Below are positions 27,884-41,540 of a stretch of DNA of 64,000 nt, in pieces. The position numbers and the translations under genes are program-made. The first letter of the stretch is position 1; the number at the start of each line of letters is the position of its first letter. Source of the DNA: Octopus vulgaris (taxonomy: Eukaryota); NCBI GenBank assembly GCA_951406725.2, contig OX597817.1, positions 128,216,001-128,280,000 of the forward strand. The letters are read 5' to 3'. The notes under the pieces are model-generated. The model was not told where the DNA came from. It searched no databases and saw only the letters and a list, made by a program, of their open reading frames with translations.

Positions 27884-28477
27884 CATACAAATTTGACATG
27901 GGCAATTCTTTCTTGTCTTGGGATTCACAGTCAAACGGCTGGGTAGAATTGCATGAAAAATTACACAGGTGTGTAGAATGATCCAGTGGTGATGCTGAGC
28001 TTTGTAATTTATGCATAGCTCCCATGGCTACTGAGATAATCTACTATAATAATACTCTTGTATTTATGAATGAGAAAAGAAGGGGTGATAAATGAATAAG
28101 GAAGGAAAGGGTGATGTCATACTTGGTAGGGGGCTGATGAAAATTGTACTTTGAAAAAATTAAATCAAACAGCGTTTCAGCTCTCTGTGAATATATGTGT
28201 GTGTATGTAATAGGGAGGTATGTGTGTGTGTCCTCGCAATGGAAGTGGAATGGTTTATTTTTGTTTGCTTAATATTTGGGTTTATTTTTTGATTTGGTTG
28301 AAATTTGGTTGGTCTTTTTATTTTGTTGGTCAGTTATTTTTAGTGTTTTGACACAAAAAGCCATTCTAAAATTTTTTTTTAATGTAAGCGTACCCAAACA
28401 AGTTGAATGCTTACACAGAGCAGGTTTTACAGCCACATCATCCAAACCGACCAGGTAAAACCAGGTTTAGCTGCTAG

Positions 28478-28508
<31 letters not shown>

Positions 28509-29024
28509 TAATAAATAAAATATATGCAAACATACAAACATATATGTACGTACCAACATCTACATGTATATATACATGCATATATAAATATATATATACG
28601 TACAGGACATCACAAGAAGACGTAAAAATCAACAGAACGAAAACGGAAAAGCCATTTTGTTACAACAGAAGGACAGAGACGTGGAACAAGACGAAACGAA
28701 AACGAAAACGGGAAAAACAATTATGTGCAGCAGAAAAACGAAGTACAGGACATGCTGCACAAGGAAAAATCCCCTCCATCAGCTGTCGCTAGCAGATACG
28801 TGTTTCGAAGGCAGAGACAGAACACGTATGGTCATGCTAGGCCTTCCTACGAGAGAATTAAAATAAAATAACCACGTAGAGGGGTAAAACGAGCAAGAAA
28901 AAATGTAACACAAAAAGGGACGTAAAAAGAACTGCACAAAAAAATACATATAAGAAAAAAATAATACAAAATTAAAGATACATGTACAAGAAAATACATA
29001 ACGAGAATTAAATTACAATACGAG

Positions 29025-29057
<33 letters not shown>

Positions 29058-29071
29058 TGTATATATAAATA

Positions 29072-29132
<61 letters not shown>

Positions 29133-29183
29133 ATATATAAGTTTTTAAAGCATCTTACAATCATTTCACAGAAGTGCTGTCCC

Positions 29184-29752
29184 TATAATGGAATCCTACA
29201 TTGATAAGCATTTATAGACAACTCTTCTGCTCTTAAGAGATATAAAACTTAGATTTTGTATAATATATCGAATGGTACTTTTTTTAAAATTTGAAGTAAT
29301 ACTATAAAATGGTGTTTGTTTGAAATATAAATTAAAAATTAAAATTTACTGCTTTTGATTTTGGTATGTACACTATAGTATGAGAGTCTTTAAATATATA
29401 CTTCCTTGGTTAGTCTTCTGTAATAATCCATAATATTTGTGTGTAAAATTCATTATATTGTCTTGTATTCCAAATATAGTTCATAGACTTGGATGATATA
29501 GTATAATGGAATCCTATATTGATAAGCATTTATAGATAATTCTTCTTCCCTTCAGTAATATCAAATGTGAAATTTGTATAATTTTACGAATGGTAGTTTT
29601 TTAAAAAGTTATGAAGTAAGATGCGAAAATGGTGTTTGTTTGAAATATAAATTAAAAATTACTGCTTTTGATTTTGGTAAGTACACTTTTGTATGAGAAC
29701 CTTGAAATTCATATATGCTTCCTTGATAATTCTTCTGTAGCAATCCATAATA
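29184..29752 (+). repeat. Diverged tandem duplication, ~318-bp period
   Basis: tataatggaatccta.attgataagcatttataga at 29184 and 29502. Confidence 0.8.
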
Positions 29753-30148
29753 ATTATGTATATTTTATACATAATTGATGATGATGATGATGATAATTAA
29801 TATAATTATTATGGATTGCTACAGAAGAATTACCAAGGAGGCATATATGAATTTCAAGATTCTGAATATATATATATATATATATGCAATGAGATTCTGC
29901 ATAGTTTCTGTACGTAAATTCCACTCAAAAGTTACTAGACTCAAGGCTATGGTGAAAATATTCCAAAATGTTATAGTGCAATGGAATAAAATATATCTGG
30001 AATCACATGGTTGCTAAATAAATTTCTTTCAATCATTGTTTAAGAACAACCAAAAAGAAGGAAAACAGAAATGGAATCTGAAAATTTTTTTATAATCATT
30101 ATTATTATTATTATTATTATATCACTTTTCTGATTATTGTCTTTTCAG

Positions 30149-30347
30149 ATCTCAAGGAGCCTGTGTGGCATCAATCAAACCAGAGTATTTAATGACATAT
30201 TCAGAATTCTGTGTATGGAATGACACTAAGAAACATACATTAAAACCTGTGGGTTATATCGATGAAGATGAACGCCTGAAGGAAAGAGAAGTCTTTGAGC
30301 TGGTTTCCAAGAAGTCATGGCTAGATACACTTCTGCAGATTATCAAG
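30149..30347 (+). CDS. CFAP47: CFAP47-like coding exon 8
   Basis: cttttcag|A, AAG|gtcaag, phase 2/0; SQGACVASIKPEYLM...FELVSKKSWLDTLLQIIK. Confidence 0.92.
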
Positions 30348-31686
30348 GTCAAGCAACATGCCTTTTTCTTTTCAGTTTAATTATTGTTTTGTTGTTTTTC
30401 CATTTAATAATCATCAACCACCATCCCACTGCCACCACCACTGCCGTTACCACCACCACCACCACCAACATATCATTGTCCTTGTTGTCATCATCATCAT
30501 CATCATCATCATCATTATCATGATTACCATTATCTTGCCATCACCATCATTACTACCACTGTCACCATCACCACAGCTGTCATCATAGTCACCATGATCA
30601 TCGTCGTCATCACCATCATCGTCATCATCATCACCATCATCATCATCACCATCATCATCATCATTGCAGTCATCATCTATTAACCCTCGTCATCACCACT
30701 ATTGCCAATCTCCTTAAACATCGTCATTGCCATGACCATCATTATAACCACCATTATTTTCACCATTACTGTCATCATTCCCACTGTCCCCACCACCACC
30801 ACCATCATCATCATTGTCTTGCTATTTTTTCAATGCCAGCATAGCCTGACTGGTTCTTCTGCACTTTATAATGCCACTCATCTTAGTCTTCTATCATCTC
30901 GGTCTTTCATCATCTCTTTTCTGTGAAGTCCAGCAACACACGTTTCCACTTTAAAAAAAAGAAAGGTAAAGTTACTTTCTCAGGTCATACCATCTCATAA
31001 GGGCTGATTTCCTGGTTTCCATGGTGTATAAACTCCCCACCTGGATGGGACGCCAGTCCATTGCAGGATTACTCCCTTTTGCCAGCTGAGTGAACTGGAG
31101 CAATGTGAGATGAAGTGTTTTTGCTCAAGAACACAATGCATTGCCTGGTTCAGGAATCGAAACCACAGTCTTATGATCATGAGTCCAACACCCTAACCAC
31201 TAAGGCACACTCACCTCCACACATTTTCACTTTACCCTTTCTTTTCCATGTCTTCTTTAGTCCTCCCCCTGCAAGAGGTACCCAACACTGTGTGCTAAGC
31301 ACACGGCCTTATTTGAGTCAGCATTCATCATCCACTTCACATCTCAAGTCAATATCAGTGTAGTCATCTCGCATGTATATATATATATATATTTAATGTA
31401 GGATAAAATTTTTTTCGAAAAAATTTTATCAATGGCTCTTCTTCCATGGGTATGAGTAAGTATCTCATTTATTTCTTTGCCACATTTATCACTGACGAAG
31501 AGAGGGTTCTCACAAACTAACCCTGAAATCGGTCCGATATGGTAATAATGGAATTTTTTAGAAATTTCTGTTGGCTTTTTTTCGAGTAGTGTGCGTATTG
31601 TGAAAATTATATGGTAATGGACAATATGTCCAATTTTTGGCATATTTGGCATTAGAAATTTTTTCGTTTGCCCTTATTTATAAGTT

Positions 31687-31734
<48 letters not shown>

Positions 31735-32843
31735 GCATTTGTTAATGCCTCTAATATTCAATTGCTCCCTCTCTCTCTCTCCCCTTGACAAATTGATCCT
31801 AGTACTTATCTTTTACATCTGGTACTTATTTTCTTGGCCTCTTATGCCAAACTACTAGGTTATAGGAATGTAAACAAACCAACACCAGTTGTCAAATGGT
31901 GGTGGGGGCAGGGTAGTAGTGGAGATAAATACACACTGAAATAGGTTTGGTGACAGGAAGGGATCCAGCTATTGAAGATACTCCTCAATAAACTGCATCC
32001 AGCCCATGCAAGCATGAAAAAGTGAACATTAGATGATGATGATGATATATACTTACATACATGCAAGCATGCGCTCGTGTGTGCATGCGCTCATGCATGC
32101 ATGCCTAACTGTCAGTCTGGATGAGCTTGGATTTTCAGAAAAAGAAACCAACCAACTGATTCTCATATTACAAATACATCTGTAAGTGGAACAGTAAAAC
32201 TATGTAAGACTTTTCTCCACTTTAAAATGTGATGTTGTTTTCGTTATCAACATTCCAGAGATGGAACTTTGCATCTCCAAAGGAAGAATTTCAGTAATAA
32301 AAACCAGAAAAGAACATAAAGAACATGAATACATATAGATATACATGCATGCACACATCAGTTTCTATCTTCCAAATTCACCCTCAAGGCTTTGGTCTAC
32401 TCAGGTCTAGTGTAGATGGCATTTGCCTATGGTACCATGCAGTGGGACTTTACCCAAAGCCATTTGGTTTGGAAGCATATTCATTAATCATATGTCTATA
32501 CATGTGCTCTGTTTATTGAAATGCAGGGTTTTTTTTTTTTTGTCTCGCAGAATTCTAAATAATAGCACAATTAATTTTCCTCTTTGGTTTTGGAGAAAAT
32601 TATTCTGTTGTCTTCGGGGTAGTCACATCAGTTGTCTTTGATCTGTAAATGGTTAATTCTCTGTAGCATCTTGCAAAATGGCCCTAGTGAGAGTAAACTT
32701 AAACACTGACACATTATTTCTCTTTCTCTTATTCTTGTTCTCTTTCATTCACTGATTTGTTATTTCCCTCTCTCTTTCATTTTCTGTCACTCCTTCTCTT
32801 TCTCGAACCCCATCTCTCACACAGACACACATACATACATGAA

Positions 32844-32878
<35 letters not shown>

Positions 32879-32970
32879 TCTCTCTCTCTCACTGTCTACA
32901 CACACATGCGTGCTCACATGGATGTCGCAGCATGAATTTGCCATAAATTCTTCCTTTCTCCATTTTCTAG

Positions 32971-33166
32971 TGTTTTGTAGTGTCCAAAATTACTCCAAGA
33001 ATATTCAAAAGCTTCATCATTGATGACAGAGAAGTGAAGATGCCAACTCTGAACAAAAATCCTCTGTGTAGTAATGTTTACACAGAAGGGGAAAGAATTT
33101 TGCTTGCTTGGATGAACCGTTGTTATGAACAAAACCGTCGAATTGTATGGAATGAACATTCTGACA
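32971..33166 (+). CDS. CFAP47: CFAP47-like coding exon 9 (start of calponin-homology region)
   Basis: cattttctag|TGT, A|gtgagt, phase 0/1; CFVVSKITPR...SNVYTEGERILLAWMNRCYEQNRRIVW. Confidence 0.93.
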
Positions 33167-33899
33167 GTGAGTAAACCAATTTTGTTCACGTGTGTGGATG
33201 GGTTTCATCTCCTGTTTTAACATTGTAGAAAAAGATGAAGTGACGGATATTGAAATTAAATCCTATCCCCCACAGGTTATGTTAGTCTACATTCCTCCAT
33301 AAGGTGCATAGGGTTGGTTTCTTAGTTTCTCTGGTGTATATATTCCTCCTTGGACGGGATGCCAATCTGCTGCAGGATTACTCATTTTCATTAGCTGAGT
33401 GGATAACCAATGTGAAATTAAGTGTTTTGTTCAGAAATACTGTGCCTTGCCTGTTCCAGAAATCGAAACCAGAATTTTAGAATCATGAGTCCAACACCCT
33501 AACCACTAAGCCATGTGCCTCCACTATTACCCACAGGGAGAGGAGTCAATATGACTACCACAATCCCTCAGTGGGGTTTTTTTTTGCTTTATTTTTGTAA
33601 AGCAGCAAAACCTGTGATACTGAGAGTTTCAGTTTTAATACGTTTTTGGAGTTTTGCTATGTTTATGCATGCATTCTTAAAATTTTAACAGTCTGTCATC
33701 ATATTCCATTTCATTTACCACTTTTGTCAAAGCACCTCAATTCCTGCAAAAACTGTATTTTTATGACAGGTGTCATATACGTTAGACTGTAAATACTGTA
33801 AATAACCTCATAATACATTTTTCAAGTGTCATGCAACATTCTTAGGCCAGTTCAAGAACTCACATAAACAAGGTATAAAATTCTGTCAAGTTTTGGTAT

Positions 33900-34537
33900 T
33901 TTCAGAAGGTATTCTATCTGCGGCTTTATATAGCTATGGTGCGACCTCACCTGGAATTTGCATCACCGGTCTGGCACCCCTATCTTGCCCAGGATATTAA
34001 TCGTCTAGAAGTCGTTCAGCGATGTGCAACCAAGAGAATACTCTCCAAGAGGCAGTTGCCATATTCTGAACACCTTACTTCTCTGGGCATGGATACATTG
34101 AAACTCTGACGTCTGGCAGCTGACTTGGTAGACACCCATAAAATTATTAACCATCTTACAAACAATAACTCTGAGCACCTTTTCAAACTCCATCTGTCTG
34201 ACACCCGTGGACATGTTTACAAAGTCAGAAAACAGCACAGCTACCATGACTTTCGGAAACATTTTTTCACGCTGAGAATTACTGAAGCATGGAACAAACT
34301 GCCGGCATCAGTTGTTAGTTGTTGGAGCACTGCATCCTTCAAAACTTCCATGCTTCCTGAGATTTGCCAACACTACACCTGATTTTCTCCCCTCTATACA
34401 CATGCAAGCATGTATCTGACTCATACACTGTTCACTTTCCAGACATTTGTACATTACTGCATATGCTTTATATGCACTTTTGACAAGTTGTGGTGCACCT
34501 GAGCACTGTATACAATAATTTCATTATTATTATTATT
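33900..34537 (+). mobile_element. CR1/L2-type LINE 3' end
   Basis: LYIAMVRPHLEFASPVWHPY..DINRLEVVQRCATK...TRGHVYKV...RKHFFTLRITEAWNKLP, then 3' UTR and (ATT)n tail. Confidence 0.88.
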
Positions 34538-34738
34538 TTTAAATGCTGATGTCAGCAGGATCTGTGATGTCATGGTAGCTAATTCAATACAAAAACTAAA
34601 GGTACTTGCTTTGGCCTACCATCATTTGAAATTCCAAGTTTATACCAAATTCCAATCAAACATTGGTGTTGGGGAGAGGCAGGTCAACATAATCCATCCC
34701 CTCTGGGGAATAGGGTTAAGGTGAAAAGAAAATAAGTT

Positions 34739-37361
34739 CAGTGGTTCTCAACCAATTTTTACTTATGAACCCCATTGATTCCAGTTTTACTTGGATGGAC
34801 CATCATAGCCATTTGATGTTTGAAAACTTTTATTATCTTAATATATAAACCCCATTATGTCTGTCTGTTTGTGCGCTTGTATTGTTCATCCAATCACGCT
34901 GAAATTTTAAACATGGATACATGAGAGAATAGGGCATTCTGTAATCTAAAAAGATTTTCAAAATTGTTAGTTTCAAAGTGAGAATCGCTATTTTGGTAAT
35001 CTTTTTGTCCTGTTTGTTCTGCCATTAAAAGCAACAAGTTTGCTCAGACAGCTGGCACATACCATTTTGCTAGCAACAAGGGGAGTACAGGATGACAGTC
35101 AGCCAAAACCGTCACTATGCTGTCTCTCTTCTTTCTTCTCTCTGTCTTTCTTATGATGTCTGATTCCACTTAAAGTTGTATATATATTGTATTAAGATTC
35201 ATTATCAATCAATTATCCTTATTGAGAAGAAACAGACAAAAGTAACTACCACATAAAATCATCAAACATTTCCACTACTTAATACCATCTAAGTTAACTC
35301 TCTTCACCTTTATAGCTGACATGAAAAACTATGAGGAAAAAGCAACCATTTTAATTAAGCAAAAAAGAGAAAAAATTGATTGCTATTAAAACATGTAGAA
35401 TTTTTGAGTTAATAATCTTAATCTTTAGTTACAGTTTTTCATTCAAACTACATAATAGGTAGAATTGTCAGATTAAAACAGTAGGATGTTTTGAGGGAGA
35501 TTTGGCTGATATTTCTACCAAGTCTAGCTACCATATAGAGATCTTCCTCAGTGGCTCATACATACATATATACATAAAATCAAAGAATAAATACTTAAAG
35601 CATGCAGTGTCATGGGCCCAAAAACTTTTGAACTACTTGTCTAATGCAAGCCCAGAGCAATCTCTTATCTCTTACACTATTTCAGTATTATGTCTCTATT
35701 GTAATGTGAGATAATACTTTCAGTTTGAAAGAAATTTATTCTATATATATTCCTTATGCATTCCAAAACCGAGTTATATATTTTGATGTATGGGATATCA
35801 AAAGATTCAGTACTATTTCGGCTACAAATTAAACTTAATTTTCATTCACATATTTGCATTTCAAAAATTTAACATTATAATCTTTTCCATAAATCAACTA
35901 TCGTAAATACGATGACGTCACATTTTCTATATGTGTGTGTACCTTAAAAGACATCAATCATCACGACACACACCTTCACTCACTCACTCTATCTTGCTTT
36001 CTCACCCTCTTTCTCTCTCTCACACATGCCCATGCATGCAAGCACTCACACACACACACATATCCATTTCATATAGACATACATACATCTTTCAGTTTCT
36101 TTCTCTGTTCTTTTCACTTTCTCTTCTTTCAGTTTCTGCTCTCTTCAAATAAATTTTTACGCATACAACTGCTTACAAAAATAGAGATTAAATGTATAAT
36201 TTCTTTCTATGTTCATTTTTTTTTTCACAATATTGAAAAAAAATATGCCACCAAAGAAAAGATGTCATCTCTCTAGAAACTAGTATAATGCAAGGGGGAT
36301 TGTAGAAAACTGAAGGTGAGAATCTGAAGAGAGAAGCTAGATGAGATTTTCTCAAGATCAGCAAATGCATGTTGCACCACGTAATGTTGGATCATTAAAT
36401 CAATGTTTTAATGATTAGACAGAGGTCCAATAGAATAACTCTCAGAAACAGACTATGTACTAATTTGCTCTTCACAACTCTTGAAGCTGTTTTCAGATAT
36501 GATCCTTCCCATTCTTATAAAAATAATAACTCTGTCCAAATTGGTGTGCTAAACACAAATTATCTTTTCTGTAGAGCTTTAAAATTTTCAAATGAAACAA
36601 ATGGTATGTGCTGCTCAGGTGGTCAGGTAACATTGCCAGCACTACCAGCTCCTTCTCAACCTCTTATGGATCTTCTAGAAGGCATTTCCATCCAGCAAAG
36701 GATTTTCTGAACAATATCAGACAATACAACTCTGCAAATGTCATCGTTTGTTGCATCTAAGAAGATAGATAAACATGAATTTATGCCAACGTCAAACTTC
36801 AAGGGCAAGTCTATCATCTCATTGGTTCCCTGCTACCCACAAATGAACAACCACAGCTCCTCCAAATTTACTTTATGAGTGATGCAGGGCAACAAACCCA
36901 AAGGAGGTGTCAACATTTCAGATGATGGGTCATGTTAGACACAGCACCGACTGCTGCAAAAGACAGTATATCCACTGACAGCTTTTCGGTGCATTCAAAA
37001 TTTTCATAATCCCCACAGGTTAGGGCCTGAAATACTCCAAACGGATGCATAGCATGTTGCTAAGTCAAATTAGCCCATCATTTACTTCACAAATATTTTG
37101 TTGTCAATGCTGCACTTGCCCATATCACTTGTTTCAACATAACTGTAATATATTGTATACAAGCTATGCTATTTTAATCCTGAGCTATGTCGGGTATCCC
37201 TGCTAGTATTTTTATAATTAAATATTATTAGGAATTGTATAAAAATATTTGTCAAAATATTTTGTGTGTTGAAGTATAACCAGTTTATTGCACATAAATT
37301 TTAGCAACAAAATCATATATAGATCCCCAAGGCCCATACAGACCCCATTTGAGAACCACCA
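34739..37361. mobile_element. hAT-type MITE split by the Helitron
   Basis: TIRs cagtggttctcaa / ttgagaaccacca; no 8-bp TSD recognisable. Confidence 0.6.
34836..37206 (+). mobile_element. Non-autonomous Helitron with decayed RepHel fragment
   Basis: A|TC 5' end, CTAG|T 3' end preceded by cctgagctatgtcgggt hairpin-like motif; about 36480-36910 encodes FCRALKFSNETNGMCCSGGQVTLP..., NNIRQYNSA, LQGQVYHLIGSLLP, QLLQIYF. Confidence 0.82.
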
Positions 37362-37804
37362 GTCAAATAATTTTAGTCATATACATACTCAGAGTGGTGC
37401 AAAGGTTCTAAAAGATAAAAAGATAAATCTCATTTAATTTAATTGTTTTATGTCTGAAATTACTATTGCTCTCGCTGGTATCCTTCAAAAAGTAAATATT
37501 TTATAACAAGCAAAGTAGCTAGTTAGAAAATCTCTGTAAGTGATGAACGTAGTAACTATACTGAGAAGTAATGTTTATTGCCACAGCTGGTCTTCTATAA
37601 ACAAATTTGCCCATACTTCTGCCTTGAAGGGGAACTGTCTAGGTGCAATCCCACGGTCAATCATGACTGAAGAGAGTCTTTTCCCTTTACCCTATAATAT
37701 ATCACCGTCATCATCATTGTCATCATTTAACATTTGTTTTCTATGCTGATGTGGGTGTGTGTGTATGCATATGTATGTATATATTTCTTTTTCTATTTTT
37801 GTAG

Positions 37805-37902
37805 CTGCTGTACCTGCAGCCCGTTGGATTGTGAACTTTGACTTAGATTTGAAAGATGGTCTAGTCTTAGCGTGTCTGATTGGAACCTACTTGCCTTTTA
37901 TG
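37805..37902 (+). CDS. CFAP47: CFAP47-like coding exon 10 (CH domain)
   Basis: tttttgtag|CT, ATG|gtaaag, phase 1/0; RWIVNFDLDLKDGLVLACLIGTYLPFM is a CH-domain 'DF-D-L-DG-VL' motif. Confidence 0.95.
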
Positions 37903-37919
37903 GTAAAGTATTTTATTTT

Positions 37920-38205
37920 AACAGTCGCAGTATTCAAGATGTTTATAAGCCATTTAAAAACACACAAAAACCGTTAGATTCACTTCAACATTTAAATTTA
38001 ATTTATTGAAATATTTTTGTCGCTTTGAGACCGCGATCTGTTCACTGACAAAATTCCGGTGCAGCACGAAATTTTGTCAGTGAACAGGTCGCGGTCTCAA
38101 AGCAACGAAAATATTTTGGTAAATTAAATTCAAATGCTGAAGTGAATCTAACAGTTTTTATGTGTTTTTAAATGACTTATAAACACCTTCCACACTGCAA
38201 CTGTT
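37920..38205. repeat. ~285-bp palindrome (foldback MITE)
   Basis: Arms are reverse-complementary about the centre gtgc-a-gcac near 38062. Confidence 0.9.
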
Positions 38206-38599
38206 TTTGTTTCAGCACATGATCTCAGATCAGGTCACTTGCTATGCAAGTACATCTCTGTAATATTTTATTTTATTTTATTTTATTTTTTGTTGTTTCT
38301 CTTATATTTTATGAAATTCAAGCTAAATCTTTCACCAATCTTCAAAGACCATGGTAGTTGTTAGTCAAAATTAAAGAGCTTCTAACAAGTAAACGATTTG
38401 ATTAAGGTAACAGCCACATTTATCTCAACAACAGCAACAACAATCCCTCTAATGTGGGCCTAGGACAACTCTCACCCAAAACTCAAGCAAAACATACCTA
38501 CAATAAGGAATAAATAACCGGAGAGTAAATTGTTAATCAAAATAAATTATTCAGGCAGTCACCTGACACCATATTTTGAAGTGAGTTCTAACCCTACCA

Positions 38600-39098
38600 G
38601 AGCTAACATTGTCTTGTAATGGTTGCAGAAATTGTCTGACAGCTATGACTGGGTTCTCCTGCTTGTGTGGCATGGTGCAGAGTCCTGTTGTCAGACATAG
38701 GGTCTTCCAGCAGCCATCTTTTCGACTCAGTGCAGCACTACCTCCATGTTCAGTCTGAGGCCATGTGGGAAGATGAATGGAGGCGTAATGTCTCCATCAC
38801 TAATGATCACTCCAAACACCATGTTGTTGACTGGATGTTTGATTTTTTGGGGGGAGACAGCAAGGCAATGGTTGTTATGTGTGTTCACCATCTGTTCATA
38901 TTGGAGCTTCCAGTGTGAGTGCCAAGCAGTACAGCACGTTGTTTCCAAATTTCTGGCAGAGTGAATTGCATCATGGTGCTGTTTTCTTATAGACAGTACC
39001 CAACTGACCCTGCTATACTGTGTAGTCAACAAAATCAAAAACAAACAATGTGCATGCAGGAAATTTTTTAAAAATGACAATTTACCCATCATACCTTG
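38600..39098 (-). mobile_element. Decayed Tc1/maT-type transposon fragment
   Basis: KHPVNNMVFGVIISDGDITPPFIFPHGLRLN; terminus tacaaggtatgatgggtaaattgtca, with a related terminus at about 61944-62030 (+). Confidence 0.7.
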
Positions 39099-40104
39099 TA
39101 TTCTATAGTTCTTCATGACATAAAAGAAAAATAATTAACTCATCAGTAATGCTGGGTTTTTAATCAAGTTAATCAACTCCTCTGTTTTATCTGGTTCTTT
39201 TTTTATGCCTGTCATCAGAGATAAAAGGCAAAGTCAGCTAGGTGTGAGGATAGGCAACTGATGTAGAATGGAATATTACAAGCTATTTTTGTTCATTATG
39301 TTCAATGTAATAATTCTATTTTTGGCGTAGACATAAAATGTACATACACACATCTATTCATGCATATGTTTATATAAATTCACACAGACATTCATAATAA
39401 CATATATATGCTTTTCTAATCTACGCACAGGGCCCGAAATTTTGGGGGAGGGGGCTGGTCAATTAGATCGATGCCAGTACGCAACTGGTACTTAATATAT
39501 CAACCCTGAAAGGATGAAAGGCAAAGTTGACCTCGGCAGAATTTGAACACAACACAAAGACAGACGAAGTACCGCTAAGCATTTTGCCCGGTGTGCTAAC
39601 GTTTCTGCCATCTCACCAACTTATAAGAACATATATATTGATATATGTATATGCTTGTGTATATATATGTATGTGCTTATATATATGTGTGCAATCTGTG
39701 GAACGTAGTGCCGTTCAGTTAGAGAACTAAAAAGACATGTCAAAAGACTTCATTCTGTGGCACCTGTACTTTCTGCCAGCCAGCATAACTATGTTTTATG
39801 CAGCAAAAGGAGAAAGTCTTTGGCAGGACTCAAGAGTCATATAAGGGCCTCACATTGCATATTCAATGACTCATTTCAATGATTCTGTCTAGCAATTGCT
39901 TTGCTTGTACATGAGAAAGCAGTCAATATATATATGTATGTGTGTGTGTGTGTGTGTATGCGCACACATGCACATACACATACATCTATATGTATATATA
40001 TATATGTGTGTGTGTGTATCTATATATGTATTTGTGTGTAGGTGGGCATGGGCAGGTGTATGTGTGTGTGTGTATATTTATATATATATATATATACATA
40101 CACT

Positions 40105-40500
40105 TTTTTGGTGCCCTCCTGTTGAAGTGGCCAGTGGTAAGCTGACCGTACATGAGGATCTTGGATAGGCGATGGTCTTTCATCCTGTCAATGCGCCCTG
40201 CCCAACTTAGTCATGTCTCAAGTAAAATGGCTTCCAGGCTGGTGACCTTTGCTCACTTGAAGACCTCAGTGTTGGTAATGTAGTCACTCCAGATGTTGAG
40301 AATGGTACCAAGGCAGCGTTGGTGGAAACATTCAAGGAGTTTGAGATGACAGCAGTAGGGGGTCAGGACTCAGAGCAATATAGGAGCATCGTGAGGACAA
40401 TGGCCCTGTAGACTCTGAATTTTGTGCTGATTTTAAGATGCTTATTATTCCACATACACATTTATACAGTCTTCTAAATGCTTTATTTGCCTGAAGCAGT
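40105..40500 (-). mobile_element. RTE-type LINE fragment
   Basis: RMKDHRLSKILMYGQLTTGHFNRRAPK and STKFRVYRAIVL motifs. Confidence 0.75.
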
Positions 40501-40840
40501 CCCTTGGCATTTGTGACAATGATTATCATGAGTGGTTTTCTTTAACAGCTGACCGTGCTGCTTGGTGCATACCATCAGCAATGCTGTTTCCTCCTTTGAG
40601 ATCTCTTGCAGTGCCTTTCTTAATGACAAACGTCAGAGGTGAAAAAATACTGCAGCTGCATCATTACACCCTCATCAGCCTTATCAACCACAAATGAGCA
40701 TGCAGACAAACAATATGGACAACAGCCTTCATAATCTTTGTCAACAAAGCCAAGCCAAGCCAAGATATATTTACCCATACATACATACATATGTATATAT
40801 ATATATGTATGCACACACACACTCACACACACATATTTAT

Positions 40841-40882
<42 letters not shown>

Positions 40883-41138
40883 TTTGATTTTGTATTTGGT
40901 TTGCAAGATTCTTTATGTGAATTCGTATGTCGAAGCATATTTTATTGTTTCTAGGGAGAGTGATTCTCTTTTAGTGCCTTATTATTTCATGACACCTGCT
41001 TAAATTTCATACATCAATATTTTGTGTCCAGAAACTCTTTACATTGCAAAACAAAAATCTTTTCATCTTAAAGCTATTCTGCTATTAATCAGTATTTTGT
41101 TGTATTTTTAATGAGCCTCTTCTTTATCTTCTTCACAG

Positions 41139-41255
41139 ATCTCTAGCCACATTGGTAAAGTGTACACAACCCCAACTCAAAAAGAACAATATTTCCATAA
41201 TGCATTGAAGATAGTCTGTGCTCTACGTTCTCTTGGAATTGAGTACAATATTCAG
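41139..41255 (+). CDS. CFAP47: CFAP47-like coding exon 11 (CH domain)
   Basis: cttcacag|ATC, CAG|gtagaa, phase 0/0; ISSHIGKVYTTPTQKEQYFHNALKIVCALRSLGIEYNIQ. Confidence 0.93.
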
Positions 41256-41540
41256 GTAGAATGTAAACCAATTTATCATTTGTTCTTTTTTTTTTTTTCT
41301 TTTTACTTGTATTAGTTGTTGGACTGTGGCCATGCTAGGGCACCACCTCGAACACCTTTAGTTGAACAAATAGACCACAATTCTTATATTTTTAAGCCTG
41401 GTGCTTATACTATCAGTCTTTTATGCTGAACCACTTGGTTACAAGGATATAAACAAACCAACACCAGTTGTCAGGTGATGGTGGGGTTCAAACACAGACA
41501 CAAAGAAAGGCATATAGACACACATACACACACACACATA

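Noticed and set aside
40610-40690. Minus-strand CTGATGA followed by a gggtg/cacct stem
   Set aside because: No GAAA core or stem I, so not a hammerhead; other CTGATGA hits near 16973, 51537 and 53285 also lack the full motif
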